This document shows, in pieces, positions 23,072-36,100 of a stretch of DNA of 64,000 nucleotides. Made by a program: the position numbers and the translations under genes. Each line of letters starts with the position of its first letter. The first letter of the stretch is position 1. The stretch is from Raillietiella orientalis. Taxonomy: Eukaryota. Below the pieces are notes generated by a model. The model was not told where the DNA came from. It worked only from the letters and a program-made list of their open reading frames with translations, and did no database searches. The DNA lies in contig JAYWIR010000005.1 of NCBI GenBank assembly GCA_036172245.1, positions 3,782,001 through 3,846,000 on the forward strand. The letters run 5' to 3'.

Positions 23072-25906
23072 TAAGACTCCCAAGTTGTGACTTTGCTTAT
23101 CTACTTCCGGATGGTTGACTCAATATATATCTATTTTTATCAGTTTTTTTTTTGAGTATTATTTTAAAATCACTTTATTCTTTTCAACTTATTCTTTTTT
23201 TAGTAGCGAAGGTTGTACAGTGAAATGTTGCACCTGAGATACGTCAGAGTGATCAAGTATATGAATATCAAAAATTGAATTATATTTGCTACATGATATA
23301 ATTATTGTGATGTGTATATAGCTTATGTATGTTTTTAAATGTGCAAGCTGCGATGTGATATTAAAAATTGATGAACATGGTGATAATCCAATTTTTTATA
23401 TTTGCTTATATTGTGAGAATGGTTTTTGGAAATTAGTTATCGTTTATTAAAGTTGGATTTTTTTTACTTCGTGTGTTGATATTCTTTTTTCAGCCCATAG
23501 TTTGAGTAAGACGTTTCATGTCAGAACGTACAAGAAATTTACTTTATTTTTCCATCGATCAAGGTACTGAGCATTTGAGAATCCCGGACAAAAGGAGAAC
23601 AATGTTGAATCATGTTTACGTTTGATTAAATTTGGCAGTTATTTGGCGACAGAACGATCGATGACGACTCGTGGAAAAGAAAAGAAAGTTTTACGGTGGA
23701 AACTTTTCGATTAGCAAATGAAAGAGTGTCAAAACGTTTTTCATCATATTGCTTGTTTGTTTGCTTAGCATAATAAACCCAGTTTAGTCGCATTTTGATG
23801 AGCTTCCTGGATCCCCGGCAACCGAAGAAAGATGTGGGCAGACCTTGAAGGAGGGAAACAGCCACCCGTGAAATGAGAAAAATCTTCCCTTGCTAATTTG
23901 GCTTTCGAGTACCGAATTCGCATTCCGATTCAATGATGCGTGTTCTCGGATTGATTGTGTTTCGAACACAAGTATGGTGTTTTGCGTGCAGGTTATGCGC
24001 TTCTTGCACTATGTTCCTTCCCGTTTTGGTTGCCTCTCCGTTCATCGGGTTCAGTGTCGCAATCTTCGCCGGGGTGTTCTCTATGCACTGTCAGCGGTGT
24101 AGTCTTCAAAGGGTTTTTTTTATTCCGTATACCGAGCATTCGAAACGTCGTAACGTTTACCATGATTTCGTTTCTGTAGAACGCGCTGCTGGACAGCAAA
24201 AATCCGGTTTGCTGAACTTGTTAAAAACTAGAGCTTGAAGACAGCTGGAAGTGTAGATTGGTAAAGTGGTGAGGTCGGGTGCCCCCTGATGTCACTGGTT
24301 TAGCAATCCAATCGAAAAGTTTCCACACTCCCACAGGAATGCAGTCCAAATTGAGTTCTAATACCTTGGCAAACATGCGGTGCACCGTCATCGTCATCAT
24401 CATCATCATCGATGTTGTCACGCTTATTCCTATTGCCTATTGTTTACACAATGCGGTGGCGTTCTTACATTGCTTCACTGGAAAGTGGTTTCGAGGAACG
24501 GTGGACAGGATCGCATCCAAGAAACTTCGTAATCATCGATTTCATCAAGTTTCACATTCTCTTTGATGCTGAGGGCATAGACTGGTGTTCAGAAACGGTA
24601 GCAGATAACGGAAGCAAACCAAAAGCACATTACAACAAACTTGTACGACTGAACCCTCTTCTTTCTTAAGCAGCCAGAAAGGCACTGAAAAATGTGACGA
24701 TTCCTTCCTTTGGCAATTCCGGTCTACCAAAGAAAAAAGATATATGCATTAAGGGGGCATACGATCATTCGAACTGGTGAGATCTATCCTGAAAATTACA
24801 CTCAGAGATTGCTGGGGATCATTTGAATTTCCTGTTAAAAGTCGAGCAATCAGCTTCATGGCACGTGCCTTGGCTTTTTGTAAAAGTAAAAGGTCGAGAA
24901 ATCAAAAGGCACCAAAGTAAGGACTGTATCACGATGCACGGCGGGATACGGTAAGCACGGCATGGTTGCCCTCGGAGCACATCGTTTGCAGGAAAAAGAG
25001 GGGGGAGGGAAAAAAAGGGGGGCGAGGCTTGCAGTTCATAAGTGCAGATCACAAGCTCGCTTTCCAAAAGAAACCTTGAGCCCAACTAGTGATGGAGCAC
25101 ATTTGCCTAATTACGGTTGTATGGTTGAAAAGGAACGCGGAAAAACAATCCGTATATTTCACAAAGGGAACCTCCATGATTTCGGTGTTCTGGTACTTGA
25201 TCTTTGATTAAAGTGAAAAATCCGTCACTCTTTCGTTCTGTATCGATTAACACTGCTTTCCGAAAATCTGTGCGCGGATGCAAACGAAAACCATCAAACC
25301 ACGCAAACTCTCACCGAATCAAATCACATCTACTGTTTCGCATGCCAATATTTATATATAAAATAATGTACATTCCCTTTAAGGGGAAGCAATAACCAGC
25401 AGCTAGTTATGCGAAACTGCACCCATACATTTACGGGCCAACTCATTTTAGATGGCACCACGCCATAGCAAATTATTCATTCATTCACCTGCAAGCTGTT
25501 TAGCAGGATAGTGCTTTTTTGTTTTTTTAAGTTTACATACTACTCTGTCCAGATGGTTTACTGGCTCTATTTTGAGTCACTCTACAGAGAAACTGGCAAT
25601 CATGCCACAATACACACAAATCACCAAGCCCAAACACTTCCATACACAGTACCACTATGTTTCCTGCATTGTGGCACATATAAAAAATCAAGAACAATTA
25701 GCTCAACTGTTGTTCAAGTTACTTGTTACAATGACAGGAAGTTCTTACATGAATGAGGAAAAAGGACACAAGACATGGTTAGCTTCACATCATTTGCAAA
25801 TTATTTGCCCCTTTGTAGGTTATTTTTTTTCCCTTTCCTTCACAATCATAAATAGTGTACCAGAACTATAAAAAAAAACTACACGAATGTTAACCAACTT
25901 TTCATT

Positions 25907-28698
25907 TCAAACTGCAACAGCTTCTACAATTGGTTTTTGCACTGCTTCCCCTCTTACATCACCTGAGCGAGCAGCAACTTTAGGCTTTTTAATGGGCCGG
26001 CGTCGAAAGCTTTGCATCTTTCTCTTTTTTTCTTGTCGCAAATGCGTTTTCATATCACTATATTTTAAATCAAAGAAGCTTTTTTTGCTGGAAACTGCTT
26101 TGCTTTTGACTAATCCTTGGTCTTTAATTTCAGGTTTCTCACTTTTAGCAGCCTCTTTTGATTTTTTTACTTTCTCATTCTTTGTCTTCTTTTGCTCCCT
26201 GCGTTCAGCCTTTCGTTTTTTCCCTAGATCCAGTATCTTCTGCAAATCTTCTGGTAATGGAACCTTAATCAAAAAGAATATACAAGCATGTCCTTCAGAA
26301 ACCATTCTAAATAATGTTAGGTCAGACATGGCTAGCTCATCAGATCCATTTCAGAACCCAGTGCTCAGCCTGCAGTCATCTTTCCCAAGGATAAACACTG
26401 TCACATTACCTGCTCTTGTTTGGCTTTCTTAATTTCCTTTGCACGTTTGCTGCGCTGCTGAGCCAAAAGTGCATGCCGTTTCAAAACTGCTGCATAGGGA
26501 TTCAACTTCAGCATAAATGGCACATTGCGCAATGGATTAGGTCGAATAAGCCGACAATGCACAAACTTTCTATACTTCAGAGCTGCTAGTAACTGTTAGT
26601 GTGTAGCATACCTTGGTTGGTGCACGACATTATGAATCTCCTCACTGCGTAACAGACGCTGCAAATCCGTGTTTGTCATCTTGGTCATTGGAAGACTGCG
26701 GTCATGTATCAAATTTAGATATTTGAGAGAAATACTATTACTTATAGCCTTTTTTAGCTTTGGATTTGGTAGTCCAGGTTCCATATAAATCATCAAGTTC
26801 TCGAAAAGCTGATTCAGTCCAAATGCAAAACCTTCCAAGATGACCACCAGGAGCCAACTTCAACAAATTTAACTTATCAACGCAAATAGTATCAATTCCT
26901 GGAATATTGCGGAATGCACGCTTCAAACCCTACAGAAATGATAATAAAATAACACAGCAGCACTGATCCTTGCCTGGTCTCTGTGATAAATAATCAATGG
27001 TCCCAATTTGTGAATACGCCGACGATTTCGCATCTTTCCTTTTCCTGCACGAAGACGTCTTGATTTGAAGACCTACAAAGTCAAGAATCAAAGTACAGCA
27101 CAGATAATAGCACAAAACTCACTTTCATCACATCGTGCCAAGCTCTAAATTGTTTAAGGAACACAACAGCTTGCCTAGTCTTTGTTAGTTCTTGAAGTTT
27201 GTCTGCCACCACTAATGGAATCTCTGGGATATCTCCAATTAAGTGACCTATTAAGGGAAACGATTTTGCCACTTTTCTTCACAAAGTTATTCAAAATGCT
27301 TCAATCAAAAATACACATCATTTTTTTCGATATAAACTTTTAAATAATTTGCAAACAAAAATACTTAAATTCTCAAATTTCTCATAAGAATTTTCGAATT
27401 GGTGACCATTCACATTTGAGATTTTAAGCAAAGATTTGCATTCCTTGACAACACTTTCCATTTTATTTTCCTGGTACTGAACCATACATCCATTAGAAAT
27501 ACTCGTGTCATACCTTTAGACATAACCAAGGAAGTGTTCCCTGTTGCAGCAATAGCAGAACAAATGGCATATCTTTTTTGATTTACATTTATGCGACGAT
27601 GCCATCTTCGCCACACCTTAGTTGGTGCAAACATACGCCCACCACGACACATATTTCCAAATGCACCTTGCCCTGAACGGTGTGTGCCACCTCCACGTAC
27701 ACGAGGGATGCGAGCAACTGCTCGTCCAGTTCCCCAAGACTCTGCAGATGTTTGATGACCTAAACACAAAAACATTTACTTGCAAAACATGTACAGAAAC
27801 CTTTTCAAATGATACCTGCATCTTTGCTAACAGCATAAGGCTGTCGTCTATTTTTAGCCATATTCATGTGCACAAAATTAACAATATCAGGTCGTATTGG
27901 TGCTTTGAAGACAGCTGGAAGTGGTACTGTAGTTCCTGATGCTTCATTGTTCACAAGATAAACAGTGACTAATGGTCTAGCACATGAAGCTGCCTAAAAT
28001 CACATTATACAGTAATCACCTCAAAATATTTCTTCATGGGTAAAATGACATGGGCAATAAGTTGTTCGTTGACCATACAAACAATTAACATTGCAATTAC
28101 TACTTTAAGTCCTGAGTTATCTGTGTCATGGGTTATCCATATGCTTACCACCACTTCACAAGACAGCTACATATGAATCAACACTTGCATGTGTACTCTT
28201 AACTGCTGGCTGTGGATTACTATGCGCGTTAAGACAACAAGTATGGCTGAAAATTTCTTTAAGTCGCACGAAAGCAGTTTTATACCCTATATATGAAAGT
28301 CATATTATCCACCTGATGCAAAGCGTTGAACTCATCCGAAAATTATATGTAACCAGGCTGAACAGCGCCACTACATCGAAACTGTCAATTGTGTCAAATA
28401 TGTTGAACCTCCAAATGCTTGCTACCAAACAACGAATTACGACCATTTCCGATGCCCACACATGCATACTTAGGAGAGACCCAATCACTTTAATCACAAA
28501 AGCATAGTGTTTAATGACACCGTTCATTCTGATGCAATGCCATAAGAAAACAAAATGACAAGATAACAGCATGGATCGCCATTTTAAGTTTCATTTATGA
28601 GCTTCGTGACTTTGACATTTAGCTTATAATTCGAAACTTCAAAACAATATTATGGTCCAGCAGAAAATGTTTTAAACAAATACCCTTATACATACCAT
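25907..28698 (-). CDS. RPL4: 60S ribosomal protein L4 (uL4)
   Basis: ATG-only first coding exon (28696-28698), then [107 protein letters not shown], and a Lys-rich C-terminus. Confidence 0.98.
26291..26391 (-). ncRNA. Intronic box C/D snoRNA, SNORD88/snR76-like, in the last RPL4 intron
   Basis: Minus strand: terminal stem TCCTT/AAGGA, C-like AAGATGA, guide GAGCACTGGGT 1 nt before D' CTGA (26351-26354), C' TGATGA, D CTGA (26295-26298). The guide is complementary to the conserved 28S rRNA segment GCCCAGUGCUC. Confidence 0.75.
28119..28280 (-). ncRNA. Candidate box H/ACA snoRNA in RPL4 intron 1
   Basis: Hairpin 1 closed by AACTGCT/AGCAGTT with inner GTGCG/CGCAT. H-box-like AGAGTA (28194-28199). 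Hairpin 2 TTCATATGT/GCATATGGA plus CATG/CATG, followed by ACA (28122-28124). No target identified. Confidence 0.4.
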
Positions 28699-31289
28699 TT
28701 TCAAGCACACATGGACTCACTACCCAAGGACTTCTCTTTACTACTCCCTACGGATCCAACAGGGAAACGGAACGTTTCAACGACATGATTACCAAATTCT
28801 CAGTTGTTCATTTCTTTCGAAACCAGAATTAATGATTTCTACTCATTCCGATGTAAGTTCATCGGAAAAAAAATTTCTTTTTTTCGTATTCGATTTGAAG
28901 TAGCATATGATTAGATTTTGAGAAATGTTTCCAATACGTGTTCTCATCAAGTTTGCAAAACGAATCTTATCCTATTTGACATTAAGAAAACCATGAGATC
29001 GGGCATCGGGGAATAAATATTTATAATATTCAGAAAAGCATAAGATAAAGGCAGGTCAGTTAGCAGTTGAGTAATACAGAATGACATAGTTGGATACAAT
29101 AACGAAATGACCTTTGATATGTTCGCAAATTTTTTAAATTATGAATGGATTTCATACATATACCGTGAACTAATATATAAAAATAACGTATCCAAATTGA
29201 AACTGAGATGAATACAAATTTTAAGTGGTTAGCAGATTATTCGAGTCTTCTATTTTTATGCTATTTTTTGATTTTTATGTTTGCTAATCGTGAATTTTAC
29301 GATTTAAAATCAAAGTCTCCCATCACAGCTAACTTCTAAAAAAAAACCAGAACTAAACAAAAATCCTAAGTAATTCGGGTATAATTCACATTTCCTTAAT
29401 ATCAACCTAGTAAAACTGTAAGATCAGTTAACCCAGTATTTCATTGTACTAGAGGTCGAGACTTGATTGACTGCCATATTTAATGTGCTATTATCAAAAA
29501 GAATTTCATATTTAAGAAGCTGAACTTTCTTTTCCCTTTTATTTCAACATTTCTTTAAATTTTAACACTGTGATTTGAAAAAACTTAAATACTATGGTTT
29601 TAAAATTATTTGCATTCAAATGAATATCACATTTTAATGGATACAAAATGAACCTGAAGGGATATACGTTATGGGATTCCATGTCCACGAATCAGATGAC
29701 TGAAGATTGTTGCACTGCCATCACATCTTTATGGTGTTTATGCATTCTTTTTGTTCCACGGTTTGCTGTCACCGAATTCTATGTTGACTTTCTGCAAAAC
29801 ACTGATTAATCTAGTGGGAACTCCAGTAGAGGATCCCTAATAGCACAACTTAGCTCCAAAAATTAGCTACAATAGTTAGCCTCAAGGTTCTTTAAAACTA
29901 CAAACGATCTTATGCCTTTTCTGTTTGTTCTGTTAACTTAGTTTGACGAAATTATAAAAGAATCCCATTGCAAAGTCCCTATTAAAAGATTGTTTTGATT
30001 ATTATACTTTTGATTAATAATCTCTCTCTCTGACTACATGAAAAGTGAAATTTTGATTTAAAGCAGTCAAAAAATACTTAGATTCAATAAATTCTCGATT
30101 ACTATCCGACAAATTCATCGATTGCGAATACTTTTGGTTTTCCCTCAATTTGATCGTTCGCTTCTGAAATTTGTGCAGTTATATCTCGAGAGTAACGAAG
30201 CACTTGAGAGGTAAAGCAATCTCCTTTCAGTGAAATGAAAGTTATGAATGGAGGCGAAAGACTAAATCATGGACTGAATTAATTCTTTTTCTTATTTGTT
30301 TCAGTTCATGATATGAAGACATTTCACTACCCGTTTCCTTTGTGCTGAATCTGTTCAAAACCGGGGATCTCTCTCTGTGTGTTTTCTTGAAAACTGTTTT
30401 TTTAAAGCGTAGCTTTCTTTTTAATCTTCCACCTGCCACGATTATTCATGTCATCACTACAGTAAAGTGATCTAGTTAAATAAACCTTGGATAAACCAAG
30501 GAATTAAGTAATTGAACTTCAAGTTCTCTGACAAGAATCGGTATTGCTTCCACTGAGTACAATATTTTATCTGCTGAAGATCGGCTTAGACTGTTTGCAG
30601 TGTAAGCTGAACTTAAGCGTTCCCATTCATGAATGTTTGATATCCCTGTGCTATGATCATCTGGATGTCTTCGTATTCACGCTTGTAGGAACCTGTCAAT
30701 TGTTAATTCTACAAGATGCGACATCTTCAAGATCACTTGCAACTTTCAGTGGCTTCTGTCACATGCTACTATCGAAGAGTTTAAGCCACTGTAGACCCAT
30801 GTTTTTCAAATTGTATATTTATCAATTGTCTTATCTACAATGACTGGTTCTCTATCATTTGAAGGTATATATTTTACATTTTACTCGAGATTTTTTAATC
30901 TGGAAGCATTCCTCACTTGCTCTTGCTTCTCAAATTGCCACCATTCTCAGTACAAGAATCGTGTCTGTCAATCCTCAATTCTCTAAAAAGTGTTCTAAAG
31001 TTTATTTCTTTTGCCATAAACTTTTAGATGGCACTCTCCGGCACATAATCCATGAGAATAAGTATTGTTCTGTTCATAATGTTGTCAAAGTTTTTTATGA
31101 GCAGACGGCTGGTCAAGATTAATCCGATGTATTTATTCCATGGATTGCTAGGGATTTGATCATCCAAGCCATGTTGCATCTCAACTCTGGAGCTAATGTT
31201 GCTTGGATTCAGGTTTTATAGCGTAAGTTGTCTCATGTTGTGGGGTTCCTTTCAATGAAAATTGGACTTTGTCAAGTTTCCATAATATA

Positions 31290-33965
31290 CTGCACTGGTC
31301 TTGTACGTTGCGGTACGTCTGCCGCAACGTAAAAGGGGAAGTAGGCGTGCAGGAGAAGAGAAGTCTTTCAGCGGATATCTTCTGCATCCAGCACAAAGAC
31401 CAGTTGCGACACACGCCTGAAGAAATAGCGAAGGCCTTCCACCAACATTACACCTCCCACTTTCGACGGCGTGAATTGTCAAGAAGCGAGAAGGACGTTT
31501 TGTTTTTCTTCGATTCCTGCAGAAACGAATCACTCGGCAACAGCAGGAAGGCCCAGAAGAAGAAATCTCCGTGGAAGAAGTGCAGCAGGCATTCGCTGGA
31601 CTCCGCAAGGACGTGGCTGCAGGTCCTGATTGCGTGCCACTCGCATTATCAGCGGTACCTAAACGCCTACCTGTGGTTGTTCCACGAGCTCACGCTTCGC
31701 ACCCAAGAAGAACGGAAGCTTCCCGAGTCATTCCACGAGAGCCGCATGAGGCTGTTGCCTAAGGCAGGAGATCTGACTCAGGTCACCCAATGGCGGCCCA
31801 TCTCCATCATGAACACGGACGCCGAATTGTTAGCCAAGATCAGGGCTAACCATTTAAGCAAGACGATGCCATCCGTCATTTCTCCAATGCAGACGTGCGC
31901 GGTGCCCGGACGCAGCATGTCTGACAACGTGAAGGGTGTCCAAGCAACGTTAGGTTACAGTCGCTACATAGGCGACAACCTGGTGCTGGGCTGCACGGAT
32001 ATGGAGAAGGCGTTCGATACCGTGGACCATGGAATATTGATGAAGATTCTGAGGAAACTGGGCTACCCAGAATACTTCGCCGACTACGTGGAGAAGAATC
32101 TCGAAGGGCAGTACTGTAAGATAAGAATCAACGAAAATGATACGGCAGACATCAGGATGGAAAGGGGAATCCGTCAGGGAGACGCCCTTAGCCCGATGCT
32201 GTTCGTAGTTTATATGGAAGCGGTTTCGTCACTGGTCCACCATGGCGGCCGTATCCAAGGAATACGCCTTGACGACGACAGATTGACGCACCTGGCTTAT
32301 GCGGATGATCTGCTCTTCTTCTTGAAGGAAGACAAGGATCAGCATGCGTTCCTTGGTATCGTCGAATCTATGGAGAATGGTTTGGGCTTGAAGATCAACG
32401 CCCAGAAATCCCAACTGTTGACCATCGGAATCCTGGTCCTTACCGCCTTAGCGAGAGCAGGATTCCGAGCAGTGGATAACATCAAGTACCTGGTAGTCCA
32501 CATCGGCGATGCCTCGGCTTCGCAGGAAATGTGGAAGGGAATCCTGGGGAAAACAAGAGAAAAGGCTGCAAAGTACGTGCGACTCTACTTCTGCCTGAAG
32601 CAGAGGGCAAACCTGTGGAACGGAGTTCTCCTTCCTAAGGTGCTCTTCGGAGCAACCTTTTGTCGAGTGGACGAAGGCACGTGACAGCAGATGGAACAAC
32701 TGCAGCGGAGAATACTATGGAGGGAGTTTAAGCCGCGGATCAGGCTGAAACTCTTATGCCGACCGCGAGACAAAGGCGGGACCGGGATGAAATCGCTCAA
32801 AATCGCTCGAACCTGCTGGAGGTGCGACAAATCCCGGATCTTGCCACCAAATGGGACGAGTGGCCTTATGCGGCGCACAGAGCCTACTCGCAGTTGGTCA
32901 ACAATTCGAGAGGCCTGATGTCCGCAAGGCCTAATAGGCAAACAAGGACAGTGGAGAAACATCGACCCCACCCACTTGGATACGGAAACAGGCACTGGTG
33001 AACACCCATCACCTAAAAATAGTGCCTAGAAGTAAGGAAATTTGGGAGGGCGAACTGGCTAGGATTATCCGTGGTTCTTGCACGTCCCTTCGGACACCAG
33101 GAAGTGGATATCCGAGAATCCAAGAAGCACCATAAAGGACTGCGAGCAGTTCGTATTAAGTGGCAATAGGCAAAAATGCGACTGCTTCGGCTAACTACGG
33201 AGATAGCGGGAAGATTCACCCACAAATATCGAGAGTTCTGGACCAATCAGGAATACAGCTGCTGGCGCCTGATAACCAGGAAAAACATACGAGAAGCACT
33301 AATGAAGGAACCGGAAGAGGGCGACGCTCTGTCTGCGGCCTCCAGCCGATACGGATACTGCCAGGTGGAACCGCTGGCGGTTCGAACCACGGTCTGGACG
33401 GGCGACTTACCACCCGGCACTCAGGATGAGATGCTGATGTTTTATCATGGTGGCATCCTGAGCGGCACTAGGACCAAACACTGGACCGGAAATCCGCAGG
33501 TGAATTGCAATGCCTGTGGAATCAGAGAAACTCGACTTCACGTACTCACCTGCCCGTCTCTGCGCCAAGACTGGGCTAGTCTAAAGCAGGTGATAGACTT
33601 GCAATCGTTGCGGAAGATGGAGATTCTCTCTGGCATGTTCGAAGGGGACGGCAACGTTCCACGATACAACCCGATGGTGCGCACTACCATCTCCCTCTTT
33701 ATCAAGAGCATCGTGATAAGGAGGTCCAAAATGCAGACATGAATGAGCCAGGTGCCAGCTATCGAAATATTGAAAGGACTCCTGAAAAGAGAAATTGGAA
33801 TCAGAAGCTGTGGAGGGATTCCAACTTGGATGTACTGCCATATCTTGCAGAGGATTCCAGAACATTGAGAAAAGTGAGAAAAAGAGTAAATACTGAATGT
33901 GAGAAACCATTGTCAAAGTGTCAGGTAAATAAATTCTCCCCTCCGCAAGTCGGACGGGGGAAAAA
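31290..33965 (+). mobile_element. 5'-truncated L1/Tx1-type LINE: ORF2 (RT plus C-terminal CCHC) with frameshifts and stops
   Basis: AGPDCVP (alternative frame at ~31620), WRPISIMNTDAELLAK, DMEKAFDTVDH, RGIRQGDALSPMLF, LAYADDL, GLKINAQKS, CRPRDKGGTGM, CNACGIRETRLHVLTC. In-frame TGA at 32682-32684. AATAAA at ~33928, then a stem-loop and a short A run. Confidence 0.92.
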
Positions 33966-34799
33966 CTGAACTGATCTTGTTTGCACTTGAAATCATGTAA
34001 ACATAGAAAAGACAATCGTCTTCTCACGCCTCCATGCAGACTCACGGATTTTTTCGATGTTCTGACAGACTTAGCGGCTATGATGCCCGCTATAATATCA
34101 TGATCCTTGTCAAGAAAATGCAGCTCTTCATGAACGCATACACATCACAAGAAGAAGGCAGCACACGAAAATTTTTGCGTTGGACTCAGCCAACCTTTTG
34201 ATACATTGAGTCGACTCCAAATACTTTGATTCATCGCAGAGATCGGAAAGGAGTATCTACTATTGAAAGTGAGTATGTACGCACAGACAACAGAGAAGGG
34301 GCCACTCTAATATTTCACATTGCAAAAGTTGGCATGAACAACTTATTCAAGGAACTTATCCTAATGATTGTTACCATTGTTTTTGAAGCTATGAAGAGAT
34401 TTTTACGATGATTTTTCGTAACGATCCCAAAAGCATAAGATACAATGATTGTTCTCTAAATACGCAACTAATAAGAAATCGTGAATGAATCTCCTTTTTC
34501 AATCTCGAGAATTTGAGGGATAGAATTTCTTTTTCACTTGTTGTCTTAGACTTGCCTTAGAGACAGGGTTCCGGGGGATTTTCATTATTTCAATGATAGA
34601 TCCACAGCTTATTTTATTCCAGTGTCTGCACATCAAGGGTTTCGACCCACCTCTACGCTTTTGGTGAGTTCCTCCACATCATTTATTTATTCCATATCAT
34701 TCCAATATTTCTTTTTATTTGCACTACATTAGTTCTAAAGAAGTAAAGATCGTTGCATTTTTCAGAAGAGGGATGCCAGGCACCATTTTCTGATTTTCC

Positions 34800-36100
34800 T
34801 TCTTTCTTTACAGACTTATTTTATCCTCAATGGTGTCCTTGCTCTTGGTTTCCTTTGTTCTACTGAACGTATTTCTGCTTAGTGAATGGATTCTCCACCG
34901 GAAATGAGACAAATTTGCCATCCAGCCTGAGACTCGAGTGTAAATAATTGGCACCCATGAAGAACTGTCTGGATGTGTTGGACCACTAACTGAATGAAAG
35001 CTTAGTGATTCCAGTAGGTTTTGGAGGTGTCGTAAACACCGAACATATTAGCATTATGAGAAAATGGCGTGTCCTCGGTGACTTATAATGCAATAAGTTT
35101 GATTTGTACCTTGACATACGTAGATGATCTCTTTAGAAAGCAATCATGTCTCCAATGTACAAAGAATACATTAAAAGTCAAGATGTAAGTAGTATGATTT
35201 CCTGTTGAGATAAACCAAAAGAGCGCAGAATGCTCTAACTTGTCTTCTCCATCCATTTGTTACGTCTGAAAAAGTAGAACTGCCTTGTGTCTTGTAGAAT
35301 GCACATGTGAAAAATAACCCCATATCCTATCGGACTGCACCAGGAAAAACAGAGAATGGTACCAAGATTCTTGCATGATGAAGGAGTACTTTAAACAGAT
35401 GTTTATATGAGAGGTTGTCACAATATGGCAGAGCTGTTGGAATCTCCAGGATGAATTAAGTGAGAAAGTCGCTTCAAAAACGGATTTCAAGCCTGACAGA
35501 AAAGCCAATTCTGTACTGCCTCAAATGCATCCAAGTCTGGAATCAACACGGAACGAGTTGGCGTCATGACCTAGGACAGACATGTCGACGTTTCCGAAGT
35601 TGCTTCGGCGTGTGACCAGTGGATGATTCCTGAAACAGCGCAGTTGATTATCTGCAACAATAAATCCAAGAAAAACTGTCCGAAGAATAAAAGCTGAAGA
35701 GATAACGTGCGTGCATATGACACTTGGAAACAAATAGAAATGAAGACGTATCACTAAGGAATATGATCGCTGTTGGTGAGACAAGACTCGGAAAACCAGG
35801 AAAAAAAAAAAGTACCAGAATAGGAGGAATGTCAACAGACGAAGTCCCCAAAGTCCAAAAATTGATTGAGTACCTGTGAACATATGTTAGGGAGATTCTC
35901 TGGGATTCTAACGTGCACTGACACATTTCTGTCTATAGGGCATAAGTAGTGCACTGTACATCAGAACGTTACGAGACAAGATAATGTTCAACGATATGAT
36001 CTCATAGGAAGGTAAGACTCTAAGAGAGCGGTCATACTGAATGACAACAAATGACCTCGCACTTCTCCAACATAAGATGATGAGGGAACCAAAAATCATG
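34800..36100 (+). mobile_element. Heavily decayed LTR-retrotransposon (Ty3/gypsy-like) pol remnant
   Basis: LVIPVGF (VMPFGL-like) at ~35002, TYVDDL at 35114-35131, and RNase H-like SNASKSGI (TDAS..GI) at ~35521, in the expected order. Boundaries approximate. Confidence 0.45.

Noticed and set aside
24470..24510. In-frame TGA at a Cys-like position (SCPPFLETTFQ*SN), suggesting selenocysteine in an LDLa-like motif
   Set aside because: The downstream frame does not complete an LDLa pattern and no SECIS was seen.
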